From the NCBI GenBank assembly GCA_043747615.1, contig JAYTOU010000031.1, positions 92,153 through 156,152 on the forward strand: a DNA stretch of 64,000 nt. The letters run 5' to 3'. The position numbers and the translations under genes are program-made. This DNA comes from Myxococcales bacterium (lineage in GTDB: Bacteria; Myxococcota_A; Polyangia; Polyangiales; Polyangiaceae). The notes below the pieces were generated by a model that saw only the letters and a list, made by a program, of their open reading frames with translations, made no database searches and had not been told where the DNA came from. Shown piece by piece: positions 10,486-20,072 of the stretch. Position 1 is the stretch's first letter, and the number at the start of each line of letters is the position of its first letter.

Positions 10486-11489
10486 GCGTCGTCGTGCGGG
10501 GTCTCACGAAACGCTTTGGGCTCGCGGGTGAAGCCGCGGCTGCAGCGGGCGTGACCTTCGAGGCGCCGTCGAGTGGAATCACCTCCCTGCTCGGCCCGTC
10601 GGGGTCGGGAAAATCGACCGTCTTGCGCATCATCGCGGGGCTCGAAGAGCCCGACGAGGGAAGCGTCATCATCGATGGCGTCGACGCGACGAACGTTCCC
10701 GTGCGAGAGCGAGGCGTCGGCTTCGTCTTTCAGAGCTACGCGCTCTTCGGTCAAATGAGCGTCTGGGACAACATTGCTTTCGGTCTCACCATCCGGAAGG
10801 TCGCAAAAGCGAAGGTCGCCGAGCGCACGAGAGAGCTCCTCGCGCTGATCCAGCTCGAAGGCTTCGGAAACCGATTTCCGCGTCAGCTTTCGGGGGGGCA
10901 ACGCCAGAGGGTCGCCCTCGCCCGCGCGCTCGCCACGCGCCCCAAGGTGCTTCTCCTCGACGAGCCCTTCGGCGCGCTCGACACCCAGGTGCGGCGCGAG
11001 CTTCGCGAGTGGCTGATGCAGTTCCACGAAAAAACGGGCGTAACGACGATCCTCGTGACGCACGATCAAGAGGAGGCGCTCGAGGTCTCGGGGCACGTCG
11101 TGCTCCTCGGCGCCGGCAAAGTGATCCAGGCGGGGCCGCCCCACGAGCTCTATGATCAGCCCGCGACCCCCTTCGTCGCGTCGTTTCTCGGTGGCACCAA
11201 CGTCCTTCGCGGAAAGGTCGACGGAGCGAATGTGAGCACCTTCATCCGTCCCCAGGACGTTCGAATCGAGAAGGCTCCGGAGCTCACGACCGATGTTGCC
11301 GTCGCTCGCATCGAACGTTTCGTGCGCGTTGGCGGGAACGTGAAGCTGTCGCTGAGGCTAGCGACGGGCGAGCCGATGACCGTGCAGATGACGAAGACCG
11401 AGGTCGAAGAGCTCGATCTCGTGCAGGGCGATCGCGTGTTCGTAGATCTCAAAGAAGCCAAGGTGTTCGTGGAGGACTACGCGATATGA
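10482..11489 (+). CDS. cysA: Sulfate ABC transporter ATP-binding CysA
   Basis: GPSGSGKS, LSGGQRQRVALARAL, LLLDEPFGALD, C-terminal TOBE-like region; ATGA-coupled start at 10482. Confidence 0.93.
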   Translation: MSVVVRGLTKRFGLAGEAAAAAGVTFEAPSSGITSLLGPSGSGKSTVLRIIAGLEEPDEGSVIIDGVDATNVPVRERGVGFVFQSYALFGQMSVWDNIAFGLTIRKVAKAKVAERTRELLALIQLEGFGNRFPRQLSGGQRQRVALARALATRPKVLLLDEPFGALDTQVRRELREWLMQFHEKTGVTTILVTHDQEEALEVSGHVVLLGAGKVIQAGPPHELYDQPATPFVASFLGGTNVLRGKVDGANVSTFIRPQDVRIEKAPELTTDVAVARIERFVRVGGNVKLSLRLATGEPMTVQMTKTEVEELDLVQGDRVFVDLKEAKVFVEDYAI

Positions 11490-12433
11490 TTTTTTCCGAC
11501 ATCGCAGCGACCGTTGGACGAACGCCGATGGTCGAGCTGCGGCGCATGGCAGCCGGCCTCCCTGCGCGCATTGCCGTCAAGCTCGAATCGAGGAACCCTT
11601 CGGGAAGCGTGAAGGATCGCGTGGCCGTCGCGCTCGTCGAGGACGCAGAGCGCAAGGGTATTCTCAAGGCCGGCAGCACCATCGTGGAAGCGACGAGCGG
11701 CAACACCGGCATTGCCCTGGCTTGCCTCGCCGCTGCGCGCGGCTACCGCCTCGTCCTCACGATGCCGGAGCGCATGTCGCGCGAACGCGTGGCGCTCCTT
11801 CGTTATCTCGGTGTCGAGGTCGTGCTCACCCCGGGCGCGCTCATGAAAGATGCACGCAGTCGCGCCGTCGAGATTGCGGCGAGCACCCCCGGATCGATCT
11901 GCCTCGAACAATTCGACAATCCTGCCAACCCGGAGATCCACCGCCGCACCACCGCGGTCGAAATCTGGGACGACACGAACGGCGAAGTCGCGGTCTTCGT
12001 TGCGGGTGTGGGAACGGGCGGAACGATCACCGGCGTTGGGGAAGCGCTCAAGGAACGAAACCCAGCAGTGCGGATCATTGCCGTCGAGCCCGCGAATGCC
12101 GCAGTCTTGTCGGGCGGGATCCCGCGCAATCACATGATTCAAGGGATCGGCGCGGGCTTCATTCCGAACATCTTGAATCGCTCAGTCATCGACGAGGTGA
12201 TCGCGGTCTCCGAAGACGAGGCCTTCGAGAGCGCGCGCCGCCTCGCCCGCGAAGAGGGAATTCTCGCTGGGATATCGTCAGGCGCTGCCCTGGCGGCTTC
12301 GCTCGCTGTCGCTCGTCGGCCCGAGCTTGCGGGGAAGCTCGTGGTGACCCTCGTCTGCGATACCGGCGAGCGCTACGTCAACACGCCACTCATCGCGGAG
12401 CTCGTGCGCAGTGGCCCCCCGAGCGGACGCTGA
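11486..12433 (+). CDS. cysK: Cysteine synthase A
   Basis: NPSGSVKDR (PLP lysine), EATSGNTG, GVGTGGT, HMIQGIGAGFIP, GISSGA, GERY. Confidence 0.95.
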   Translation: MIFSDIAATVGRTPMVELRRMAAGLPARIAVKLESRNPSGSVKDRVAVALVEDAERKGILKAGSTIVEATSGNTGIALACLAAARGYRLVLTMPERMSRERVALLRYLGVEVVLTPGALMKDARSRAVEIAASTPGSICLEQFDNPANPEIHRRTTAVEIWDDTNGEVAVFVAGVGTGGTITGVGEALKERNPAVRIIAVEPANAAVLSGGIPRNHMIQGIGAGFIPNILNRSVIDEVIAVSEDEAFESARRLAREEGILAGISSGAALAASLAVARRPELAGKLVVTLVCDTGERYVNTPLIAELVRSGPPSGR

Positions 12434-12502
12434 CGATTTCAGACATGCGCGCGATCGCGTCGCTCTCCCGAGTTGCACCCCGCCGACACGAGAACGCAAA
12501 GG

Positions 12503-12913
12503 TCACCGCCTGGGAGGGCAAACCGTTCCGCAATGTGCCGTTGCGCATTCGTCCCACGCCCGAAACACGCCGACGGCATGCGGGTGCTTCTCCGCGCACT
12601 CCTTCGGGCAAGCTTCGGCGCCGTCGACCCGGTGGTCGCCGCGCTCTTCTTCTTCCTCGCCGCATTTTACCGTGCAGTCGTTCAAGTCGATGCACTCGGT
12701 CGATGCGTAGCAAGCGTCGAGCGCCGCGCAGCAGCTCGCGGCAATGCATGATCCGCAGCTCGGACCGAAAGAGATGCTTCGCTCGCATATGGAAACGGCG
12801 GCAGCGGCAGCCACGGGCTCGGACGGGGTGTGTGTGCCGAGATTGGCCGCAAGGAGCGCTCCGACGACAAAAACGCCGGCGCAGAGTCCAATCGACAGAG
12901 CGCGCTCGTTCAT
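12503..12913 (-). CDS. Exported Cys-rich hypothetical protein
   Basis: N-terminal hydrophobic segment then CGSCIAASCC...C...C...C array; start moved to MNERAL. Confidence 0.65.
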   Translation of the reverse strand: MNERALSIGLCAGVFVVGALLAANLGTHTPSEPVAAAAAVSICERSISFGPSCGSCIAASCCAALDACYASTECIDLNDCTVKCGEEEEERGDHRVDGAEACPKECAEKHPHAVGVFRAWDECATAHCGTVCPPRR

Positions 12914-12971
12914 CCGACGGATCTTACGCCGCCCCGGTCTCACGTCTCCTTCGATGTGCTAGAACCCCGGT

Positions 12972-13751
12972 GTGCGTGCCCTACTTGCGCTAGGACCTTT
13001 GGCCTTCGGCGCCATGTTCGCGGCGTGCTCCAGTCAGAACACGGTCGTCATCCACGGCAGTAGTGATGGTGGTGCCATGATGGGCGGCGACGGCGGCACC
13101 TCGGGTGGCGACGAAGGCGGGACGGGAAGCGACGGAGGAATGCCCGGCGTAGACAGCGGCCCTGGCTATACCGGCGGCCCCCTCAGCTGCACCGGTATCG
13201 CCGCGGTGGTCAACAACTACAGCGGCTGCGGCATCGAGCGCTGGACGGTCAAGGTCGGCGAGGACTCACAGGCTGGAGCGATCGCTCTCACGGCGACGGC
13301 GACCACCATCACCGCGCTCGCCGCAATGAACGGCGGCCTGGTGTACAGCAACCCGCCGGCGACTTCGCGCGTCGCGCCCACCGAAAAATCCGTGGTGTTC
13401 CTGAAGGACGTGACCGTCGTCTATGCCCGCCTGGAGAGCGACAGCGACTACCACCTTGCCATTCAAGACGGGACGTTCCGCACGATGATCGCGGAAGTCC
13501 CCTATCCCGGGGCCGCCGGAGTGGGCTGCGTCTCCGGTTCATGGGAATGCCTCATCAGTCACGCGCGCGCCGCCGTCGACAAGGCCATCGCCCCGACGAC
13601 CAACGGCCGTAACCCCGGCGGGATCGCCACGATCGTCGGCGTGCCGTTCTACGATTTCTCGCACATGCAAGCGTACGAAGCGCCGAACTCGATCGAGCTT
13701 CACCCCGTGCTCGCGATTTGCTTCGGCAAGGGCTGCACTCCCGGGCTCTGA
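12972..13751 (+). CDS. Lipoprotein with conserved CGxERW / DxDYH / IELHP domain of unknown function
   Basis: Lipobox FAAC, Gly-rich linker, CGIERWTVK, ESDSDYHL, AEVP, FYDFSH, APNSIELHPVL. Confidence 0.75.
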   Translation: MRALLALGPLAFGAMFAACSSQNTVVIHGSSDGGAMMGGDGGTSGGDEGGTGSDGGMPGVDSGPGYTGGPLSCTGIAAVVNNYSGCGIERWTVKVGEDSQAGAIALTATATTITALAAMNGGLVYSNPPATSRVAPTEKSVVFLKDVTVVYARLESDSDYHLAIQDGTFRTMIAEVPYPGAAGVGCVSGSWECLISHARAAVDKAIAPTTNGRNPGGIATIVGVPFYDFSHMQAYEAPNSIELHPVLAICFGKGCTPGL

Positions 13752-13815
13752 AGCGCTCCGCGGTAGGTCGACCAGCAGGGCAACTGCCCTCGGATTTGCG
13801 CAATCACGCGCGATC

Positions 13816-14331
13816 CTAGAGCGAGCCTCCGGAATTCATGGTCTCGCCGCTGATGTCCGCAGAGGAGGCGCTCGACTGGGCAATCAACTCCACGACGTCG
13901 CGTTCGACGCTGTAGGAGTACGAGTCACAAACCTCGCTCGAAGAAATCCACTCGGCCTCGGCTCCTGAAACGACGAGCAGCTCGTACCTCCGACGCGCGC
14001 GAATGGATCCTTCGCCGACATCGAACGTCCAGCGATTGCGTTCGCGTGTGCCGTCTACTGCGGTCACCACCTCCCACGCCGCGATTCGCCCGGTGCGCGC
14101 GTCTTGCTCTCGAAGCTCCCATCCATTCTGAGCCACGTAGCGCTTTACTTGAAAAAAGAGCTCTTCCCGATGGCGGGCGACCTGTACGCGTGGTGGATCG
14201 TATGCCTTCATCGGCGGGGAAAAGCCGCAGCCACCAAGGACGATTGATGCGAGCGCGACGACGTGTAGGGTAGTGATCCGCACGCAGATCAGTACGGTGC
14301 GGCCACCGGAGCCTGAAGAGCGCCGCTCCAA
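13816..14331 (-). CDS. Hypothetical lipoprotein
   Basis: Lipobox LGGC followed by a globular-looking sequence; start uncertain. Confidence 0.55.
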   Translation of the reverse strand: MERRSSGSGGRTVLICVRITTLHVVALASIVLGGCGFSPPMKAYDPPRVQVARHREELFFQVKRYVAQNGWELREQDARTGRIAAWEVVTAVDGTRERNRWTFDVGEGSIRARRRYELLVVSGAEAEWISSSEVCDSYSYSVERDVVELIAQSSASSADISGETMNSGGSL

Positions 14332-14447
14332 GTTGGTGGCAGGACCTCCCCCGTGTGCGGTTCGCTCTCACCGGAGACCCATCGCGCTGAGCGCCCACGG
14401 CTCGCGAGATCTCTTGTGACTGGAGCCAGCGGGTAGCAGAATGACCC

Positions 14448-14690
14448 ATGAGAAATTGGGGGGCCGCATGCGCTGCGGCGTGCGTCGCGCTCGCTGGGTG
14501 CAGCGGCGACGAGGCTGTGGCCGTGCCTTTGCCGCAGTCGCCCGGGGCGTTTGCTTCTCGATTCATCGCGCGAAAGCTGCCGCCGGGCGACGCCTTGTCG
14601 AGGGTCTTGCGCCCTGCGGATTCATGGCCCGTCGCGGCTTCGAGACATCGCGCTCTGCGGTTACGCGCCGTGACTTCGACGCCGGAGTAG
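14448..14690 (+). pseudogene. Possible truncated lipoprotein gene
   Basis: Good lipoprotein signal (MRNWGAACAAACVALAGC) followed by only about 60 residues. Confidence 0.3.
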
Positions 14691-14694
14691 AGAT

Positions 14695-16005
14695 TCACGC
14701 GAGCGCGGCTTTGATCACCGCGCCCGAGCTGATCTGGGAGCTCACGGTGGCAGCGTCTATCCCCACGGCGGTGAGGGCCGTCTTGCCGAAGGACGCGAGC
14801 GTACCGATGGCCGCGATGTCGCCGCTGGGATCGCCCGCTCCGCTATTCGAATTGATCGGCAAGGCGCCGTAATCGTTTTGCACCTTCGTCACACCGCCGA
14901 TGACGCCGCCCTTGAACGGCTTTCCGATGGCGATCGACACCTGATGATTTTGATTGTGCTGGCGTCCGTTGTTGTTGCTCGGTCCCATCGTCCGACCAAA
15001 GACGTTGAGGGACAGGAAAGTGACGTTGTCGGCGAGCTGTGCGGCCGCGAGCTGGGCCAAGAGGGACACGATTGTCTGCACGCCGGTGACGGTCTGCGTC
15101 GTCTCGGCGGCGAGCCCCGGGTCACCGTGGTTGTCCCCCCCGAAGGGAATGTGCACTGCGACCACGGGAGAGACACCCATTTGAATCAAGGTGATTGCCG
15201 CGAGAATTTGCGAGGCCGGACTGTTGTCTTTGATCGACGCGAGCGCGGCGAGGAGGTCCTGCCTTATGCCTCGCACTTGCGCCTGAGACGTCACCATCGA
15301 ATCGAGATACGCCTTTTGCCCGGGGCTCGCGCTGGTTCGGTAAATTCCGTACATCGAGTTGAGGGTGTCGTCGCGAAGCTTCTGCAGGTTGGTGAGCCCG
15401 CCGGCGGGATTGGTCAGCGTTGCACGGAGAGAGAGCGGCGGAATCGACGGCAGAGGCGCGCCCCCGTAGGTGATCGTTTCGCTTGGGGTCGTGGCACCGA
15501 CGGAGATCGGCTGCGTCTGCACGGTCTTCAAACAAGGAGCGAGCAGCCTGGCGAGCACCGACGGAAACATTTCTTGGCCCGCGACCGCCCCCTGGAGCTT
15601 GAGAACGTCTGGCTCGTGCGGGTGAACGGGCGTGTTCGTCATCACATGAAAAAAGCAGGTTCGATCGAGCGCGCCTTGGGGCAATGTCGCCCAGGGAGCA
15701 GCGGCCGTGTGCGACGTCCCCCGGATCATGAGCGGCGTCGGCTTCATCAGAGGATCACTGCTGTGGACGATGCCGGGGTCTTCGTAGGTGCCGGGCACGT
15801 TGCAGTTGATCGGATCGCCATTTCCGGACGTGTTGAGAATGATGAATTGCGGCGACGCGCACGAAGGCGCAGCGGGCGTATCTGCCAAGGCTTTCCTTGG
15901 GTTCAAGAGAAAAGAAACCGGCAATCCCGTGGCGAGCGCGCGCAGGCCGAGGAGCCCGCTCCCACACAAGATCGAAGTCAGTGCGTCGCGACGATTGATT
16001 CCCAT
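14695..16005 (-). CDS. DUF1501-family protein with twin-arginine-like leader
   Basis: MGINRRDAL leader, ilntSGNGDP, GGDNH, VFGRT, GRQHNQNH, GGVIGG; start at 16005 inside the longer ORF. Confidence 0.75.
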   Translation of the reverse strand: MGINRRDALTSILCGSGLLGLRALATGLPVSFLLNPRKALADTPAAPSCASPQFIILNTSGNGDPINCNVPGTYEDPGIVHSSDPLMKPTPLMIRGTSHTAAAPWATLPQGALDRTCFFHVMTNTPVHPHEPDVLKLQGAVAGQEMFPSVLARLLAPCLKTVQTQPISVGATTPSETITYGGAPLPSIPPLSLRATLTNPAGGLTNLQKLRDDTLNSMYGIYRTSASPGQKAYLDSMVTSQAQVRGIRQDLLAALASIKDNSPASQILAAITLIQMGVSPVVAVHIPFGGDNHGDPGLAAETTQTVTGVQTIVSLLAQLAAAQLADNVTFLSLNVFGRTMGPSNNNGRQHNQNHQVSIAIGKPFKGGVIGGVTKVQNDYGALPINSNSGAGDPSGDIAAIGTLASFGKTALTAVGIDAATVSSQISSGAVIKAALA

Positions 16006-16016
16006 GGAAGCTCTCC

Positions 16017-18113
16017 TCACATTCCCAAGCCGGTCACGGAGGGTGACAAGCACGCGACGACGAATGTCGACTTGAGAGCATCCGTCGCGCTCCCGCCCTG
16101 CGCTTTTGCGTCCCCAAAATGCTTCGTCAGCAGTGTCACCATCTGAGGGTTGCGAGCGTCCGAAGGCGGAAGGCCCATGAGATCCTGCACGAAGCTCGCG
16201 ATCGCTCGATCGGGCTGAGCGCTCGCGTATTGCTTCGCCCCCGCAATCTGTGCCCCCACTGCGACGTCGACGATCGACTGGGCCACCGCCGCGCAAATGT
16301 TCTCGACGCCGGCGCGGAAAAAGAGCGTCGGCGCGTTTGGCAAAATAGGAATGGGTGCGCCGCGCCCGTAGCCGTCGGATGGGAGGCCAGAGGCGATCGC
16401 CACGATGTCGGAGACCTTTCCTCTTGGGCTCACCACGTCGAGCCCGCACACGTCCGTCAGTCCGAGCCGGTTGTTGAGCGCCGCACACAGGTGGTCGCGC
16501 CGCGATAGGGGAACGAGCTCGCCCTCTTCTGCGACCGTCTTCGACTGCGTTGCGTTCGTGGTGATAGGCGACGAAAGAAGCTCGCGAAGGAGGGTGCTCC
16601 ATGAATACTTGGAGGCCTTGAAGTTGCCCACGATCCGTTGAAACTCCGGGTCGTCCACCGCGCACGGCTGCGAGTTGACGTAGTAACAAAGCTTCTCTGC
16701 CCAGGCTTGGGCGAACGCAGGATGACCTGCGAGCACGTTTGCGAAATCGGTCGCCGTGCTGACGGGCTGAATCACTCCTTGAAATGCGAAGAGCCCTTTT
16801 TGCTTCTGGACCGCGGGGTTGCTCTGCCCGCCGTACCCGTTCGAATAGATGCTCTGAAGGATCGCGCGCGAAGGGTCGAGCGTCTGGTGGCAACCGAAGC
16901 ACGCGCTTCCCGCAGCGGTGTGGGCGGTGTCGAGCCCCGGAGGGTTCGAGCCGCTCGTCGTGCCGTCGGTCCCGTCGACGGACATGCCCGTTGTCACGAT
17001 GAACGTCTGATTGATGGTGACGCGCATCTGGTTGCTGGTGTTCGTCTGCCAGTTGGCAAAGTACGCCGGCGTACTGAAAAAGCCGACCCTCGGAGTGGCC
17101 AAGACCAGCTCGTTCAGCGTTCGCAGCGCGGACACATCGTAGAAAGCAGTCGGCGCCTCGCCCGCAGCCGGCTGACGAATCTTCACCATCTTCCACGCGC
17201 TGAAATCCTCCGTCGTGAACTGAGCCTCGGTGGCTTTGCCGGCCATGCTCCCGCACGGCGAGCCAGCAGGGCTCCTGTAATTGGCGAGGCTCCCGTAGAT
17301 CAGAAAGTGGATCGTGTGCGCGTTCGCAGGGTACGTCCGTGGATCCGCGTTGCAGTCTGGGTAGAGTGTTTTTGCTGTCCCCAGGTCCGGATAGTAAAAA
17401 CGTAGGTAGTTCGTATTCGAGGGCGCCGGGTCGATCGAATCGGCAAACGCAATGGGCCCCGCAGACGCTTCGACCGTAATGGTCTTGGCAGGGTTGGCTG
17501 CCTTGAAGTGGTCGTTGACCGACTCGTCGTCGTTGACCTGGTTCGCGTCGAGAAACGCGTAAAGCTCCATCAGCGGGGGCGTCATCATGAGCTCGTCGGT
17601 CGTGAGCGCGGTGGTGAGCGGATCCCCCTGAGAGCTGCGAGCGAGCATCGTGCGCGCAAAGCTCTCCTTCACGTTCTGAATCAGGAGCGGGGTGAGCGGT
17701 GAGACGCCGATGGATCCGCCCTGCGGGATCATCTGCGAAAAATCTACGTTCGAGATTTGCGTCTGCTGAAATGCGAGCTCGAAGAAGACGAGCATTTTTG
17801 CCTTGTACGCGGCCACGAACTCGGGGCTGGTCATCCACTGATCGATGAGGTCGGCCAGCTTGGTTGGGTCGGCGGTCACCGCCTGCACTTCTGCATCCGT
17901 CGGACCGAGCCCGGTGAGCACGTTTTTCACCTTCGCGACGTACACGCTCGGAGGATCCGCTTGAAACGGGAGCCCTCCGTCGGCGTCCGCCGGCTTGGGG
18001 GCACCTTGGGGACCGCCGGAATAGCAGGCTGCGGCGCTCGTCCCGACGAGCGCAGCGAACGCGAAGAGCGCGAAGAGGGCAGACTGACTTCGGGGGCGGA
18101 GGATTCGTCGCAT
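16017..18113 (-). CDS. DUF1585/DUF1588-like lipoprotein with one CxxCH
   Basis: Lipobox-like AAAC, CFGCHQTLDP, FAQAWAEKLCYY, LLRELLSSP; upstream of DUF1501; start moved to MRRILR. Confidence 0.7.
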   Translation of the reverse strand: MRRILRPRSQSALFALFAFAALVGTSAAACYSGGPQGAPKPADADGGLPFQADPPSVYVAKVKNVLTGLGPTDAEVQAVTADPTKLADLIDQWMTSPEFVAAYKAKMLVFFELAFQQTQISNVDFSQMIPQGGSIGVSPLTPLLIQNVKESFARTMLARSSQGDPLTTALTTDELMMTPPLMELYAFLDANQVNDDESVNDHFKAANPAKTITVEASAGPIAFADSIDPAPSNTNYLRFYYPDLGTAKTLYPDCNADPRTYPANAHTIHFLIYGSLANYRSPAGSPCGSMAGKATEAQFTTEDFSAWKMVKIRQPAAGEAPTAFYDVSALRTLNELVLATPRVGFFSTPAYFANWQTNTSNQMRVTINQTFIVTTGMSVDGTDGTTSGSNPPGLDTAHTAAGSACFGCHQTLDPSRAILQSIYSNGYGGQSNPAVQKQKGLFAFQGVIQPVSTATDFANVLAGHPAFAQAWAEKLCYYVNSQPCAVDDPEFQRIVGNFKASKYSWSTLLRELLSSPITTNATQSKTVAEEGELVPLSRRDHLCAALNNRLGLTDVCGLDVVSPRGKVSDIVAIASGLPSDGYGRGAPIPILPNAPTLFFRAGVENICAAVAQSIVDVAVGAQIAGAKQYASAQPDRAIASFVQDLMGLPPSDARNPQMVTLLTKHFGDAKAQGGSATDALKSTFVVACLSPSVTGLGM

Positions 18114-18343
18114 CGGGTGCCTCGGTTTGCTCCAGTCAGCAAGGTACGGGCCGCGCCCGTCGCTCGTTGATTCTGCAGAAAACCAATCGGATGACACCCC
18201 GCGCGCGTGGACCGGCGGGCGTCCAGGCCCGAACCTGCGCGGGTCCGGGACAGTTCGTCACGAGGTGAGTGGATCTGCCAGAAGATCGCCGAGCGCGTCA
18301 CGAAACTCGAACGGCGCAAGACGTGCTAACCCCGCATCATCTC

Positions 18344-19582
18344 ATGCCGCCTGCCGCGTCTCGGTTTCTCATCGCACTGGCGATCGTGCTCGCCCTCGTC
18401 GCGGTGACGGCGCGTGCCGAGGCATACCCGTGGATGCTGCGTCACGGCTATTCAGGATGCGCGAATTGCCACGCGGACCCGTCGGGGGGCGGCCTCCTCA
18501 CGACCCGCGGACGTATCGCGGGCGACCTTCTCTTGCGCATGCCGTACGCGCGTCCTCCCGAAGAAGCAGGCAGAGCCGCGGGATTTTTATTCGGCGCCGC
18601 GAAGCTCCCTCCAGGCGTGCTCCTTGGTGGCGATCTTCGTGAGGCGGCGCTCTTCGTCAAGCCCGCAGGCCAGCCCGCGACCACAGATGTTTTCTTGATG
18701 CAGGGCGACGTCTCCGGGCAAGCGACGGTGAGCCGGGTACGCGCAAACGCGAGCGTTGGCTTCGCGCAAAAGGGGGCGCTCCCCGCGTCGCTCACCACAG
18801 GCACCAAGAACAACGTGGTCTCGCGCGTCCACTGGATCGGGATCGATCTCGGCGACGAGAAACAATTTCTCGTCCGCGCCGGAAGAATGAATCTGCCGTT
18901 TGGTCTCCGGTCGGTCGAGCACGTGGCCTGGACGCGCACGTTCACGCGCACGGACGCGAACCAGGATCAGCAGCACGGCGCGGCGTTCGCCTGGAACCTC
19001 GATGAGTGGCGCGGTGAGGTAATGGCGATCGCCGGGAACTTCCAAGAGCGCCCCGATGCCTTCCGTGAGCGCGGCTACAGCGGCTACCTCGAGTGGGATC
19101 CCGTGCCTAAATTCACGGTCGGCGCCAGCAGTCTCATCACCCACGCGAGCCGCGGTCTCGACCCCAATGGCGTTCCCCTCATCGCGGATCTCATTCGCCA
19201 GGCGCACGGGCTCTTCTTGCGGTACGCGCCGGCAATGCCTCTCGTTCTCTCCTTGGAAGGCGACGTCTTGTACGACTCGCAACCGGCGAGCGCCGCAACG
19301 GGAGCGATCAACGGCGCGGGCCTCGTCAACCACCTTCAGGCTGATTTCGAGCCGATCCAGGGACTGCACTTCGTTGCCATCGGTGAGCTGCTCGATCGAA
19401 AGTCAGACCTTGCCAGTGCGACCGGCGGCACGTCGCCATGGCTCCGCGGGTGGGGCGTCATCGATTGGTTCTTCGCTCCCCATGCCGACGTGCGCGTCGA
19501 CGCTATCTACGAGTCGGATGCCATGGGCGGGCAGCGAATCGGCATAACCACTCTTCTCGGACAGATCCATGCGTACCTCTAG
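18344..19582 (+). CDS. Exported protein with N-terminal CxxCH fused to a probable beta-barrel
   Basis: Signal peptide AEA-YPWM, CANCHADPSGGGLLT, RAGRMNLPFGLR, amphipathic strands, ends GQIHAYL. Confidence 0.7.
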   Translation: MPPAASRFLIALAIVLALVAVTARAEAYPWMLRHGYSGCANCHADPSGGGLLTTRGRIAGDLLLRMPYARPPEEAGRAAGFLFGAAKLPPGVLLGGDLREAALFVKPAGQPATTDVFLMQGDVSGQATVSRVRANASVGFAQKGALPASLTTGTKNNVVSRVHWIGIDLGDEKQFLVRAGRMNLPFGLRSVEHVAWTRTFTRTDANQDQQHGAAFAWNLDEWRGEVMAIAGNFQERPDAFRERGYSGYLEWDPVPKFTVGASSLITHASRGLDPNGVPLIADLIRQAHGLFLRYAPAMPLVLSLEGDVLYDSQPASAATGAINGAGLVNHLQADFEPIQGLHFVAIGELLDRKSDLASATGGTSPWLRGWGVIDWFFAPHADVRVDAIYESDAMGGQRIGITTLLGQIHAYL

Positions 19583-20072
19583 GGCGGCGAGCGCACTGTT
19601 CGTGTTCACCCTTGCGGGAGCCGCGCGCGCGACTCCGAATTTTCCGCCGGCGATCCAGCAGCAGCTCTCCTTGGCCGCGGAGCCGCACTGCGCGATCTGT
19701 CACAGCGACGGAGACAAGGGCGGGCTAGGCACGGTCAACACGCCGTTCGGAAGGAACATGCGCCAGCGCGGCCTCGTTCACTTCGACACGAACGCTCTCA
19801 AGAATGCGCTCGATCAAATGAAGGTCGGACACGTCAACAGTGCGGGCGACTGCCTCGACGACGTCGACGAGCTGAAAGCCGGTCGCGATCCGAACGTGCC
19901 CGACCCCACCTGCCCCGACGGAGGTGGCGGGATGATCACGCCGACCGAGAGCGACGGCCCGCTCTACGGCTGCGGAGTCGCCCGTCGCCAAGAAAGAACG
20001 CGCGAGATGCCGGTGGTGGTTTTTTTTGCGGCGACAATCCTACTTCTTAGGCGCCGCCGTTTTCGCAGGTGA
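19569..20072 (+). CDS. Small monoheme cytochrome c-like protein with MYXO-CTERM-like sorting tail
   Basis: Signal peptide, CAICH, TPFG, DVDELKAGRDPN, C-terminal GC + hydrophobic segment + RRRRFRR. Confidence 0.7.
   Translation: MRTSRAASALFVFTLAGAARATPNFPPAIQQQLSLAAEPHCAICHSDGDKGGLGTVNTPFGRNMRQRGLVHFDTNALKNALDQMKVGHVNSAGDCLDDVDELKAGRDPNVPDPTCPDGGGGMITPTESDGPLYGCGVARRQERTREMPVVVFFAATILLLRRRRFRR

Noticed and set aside
14695..17838. 1047-aa ORF suggesting a large fusion protein
   Set aside because: The first 611 residues are an off-frame shadow of 16017..18113; protein-like sequence begins at MGINRR (16005).
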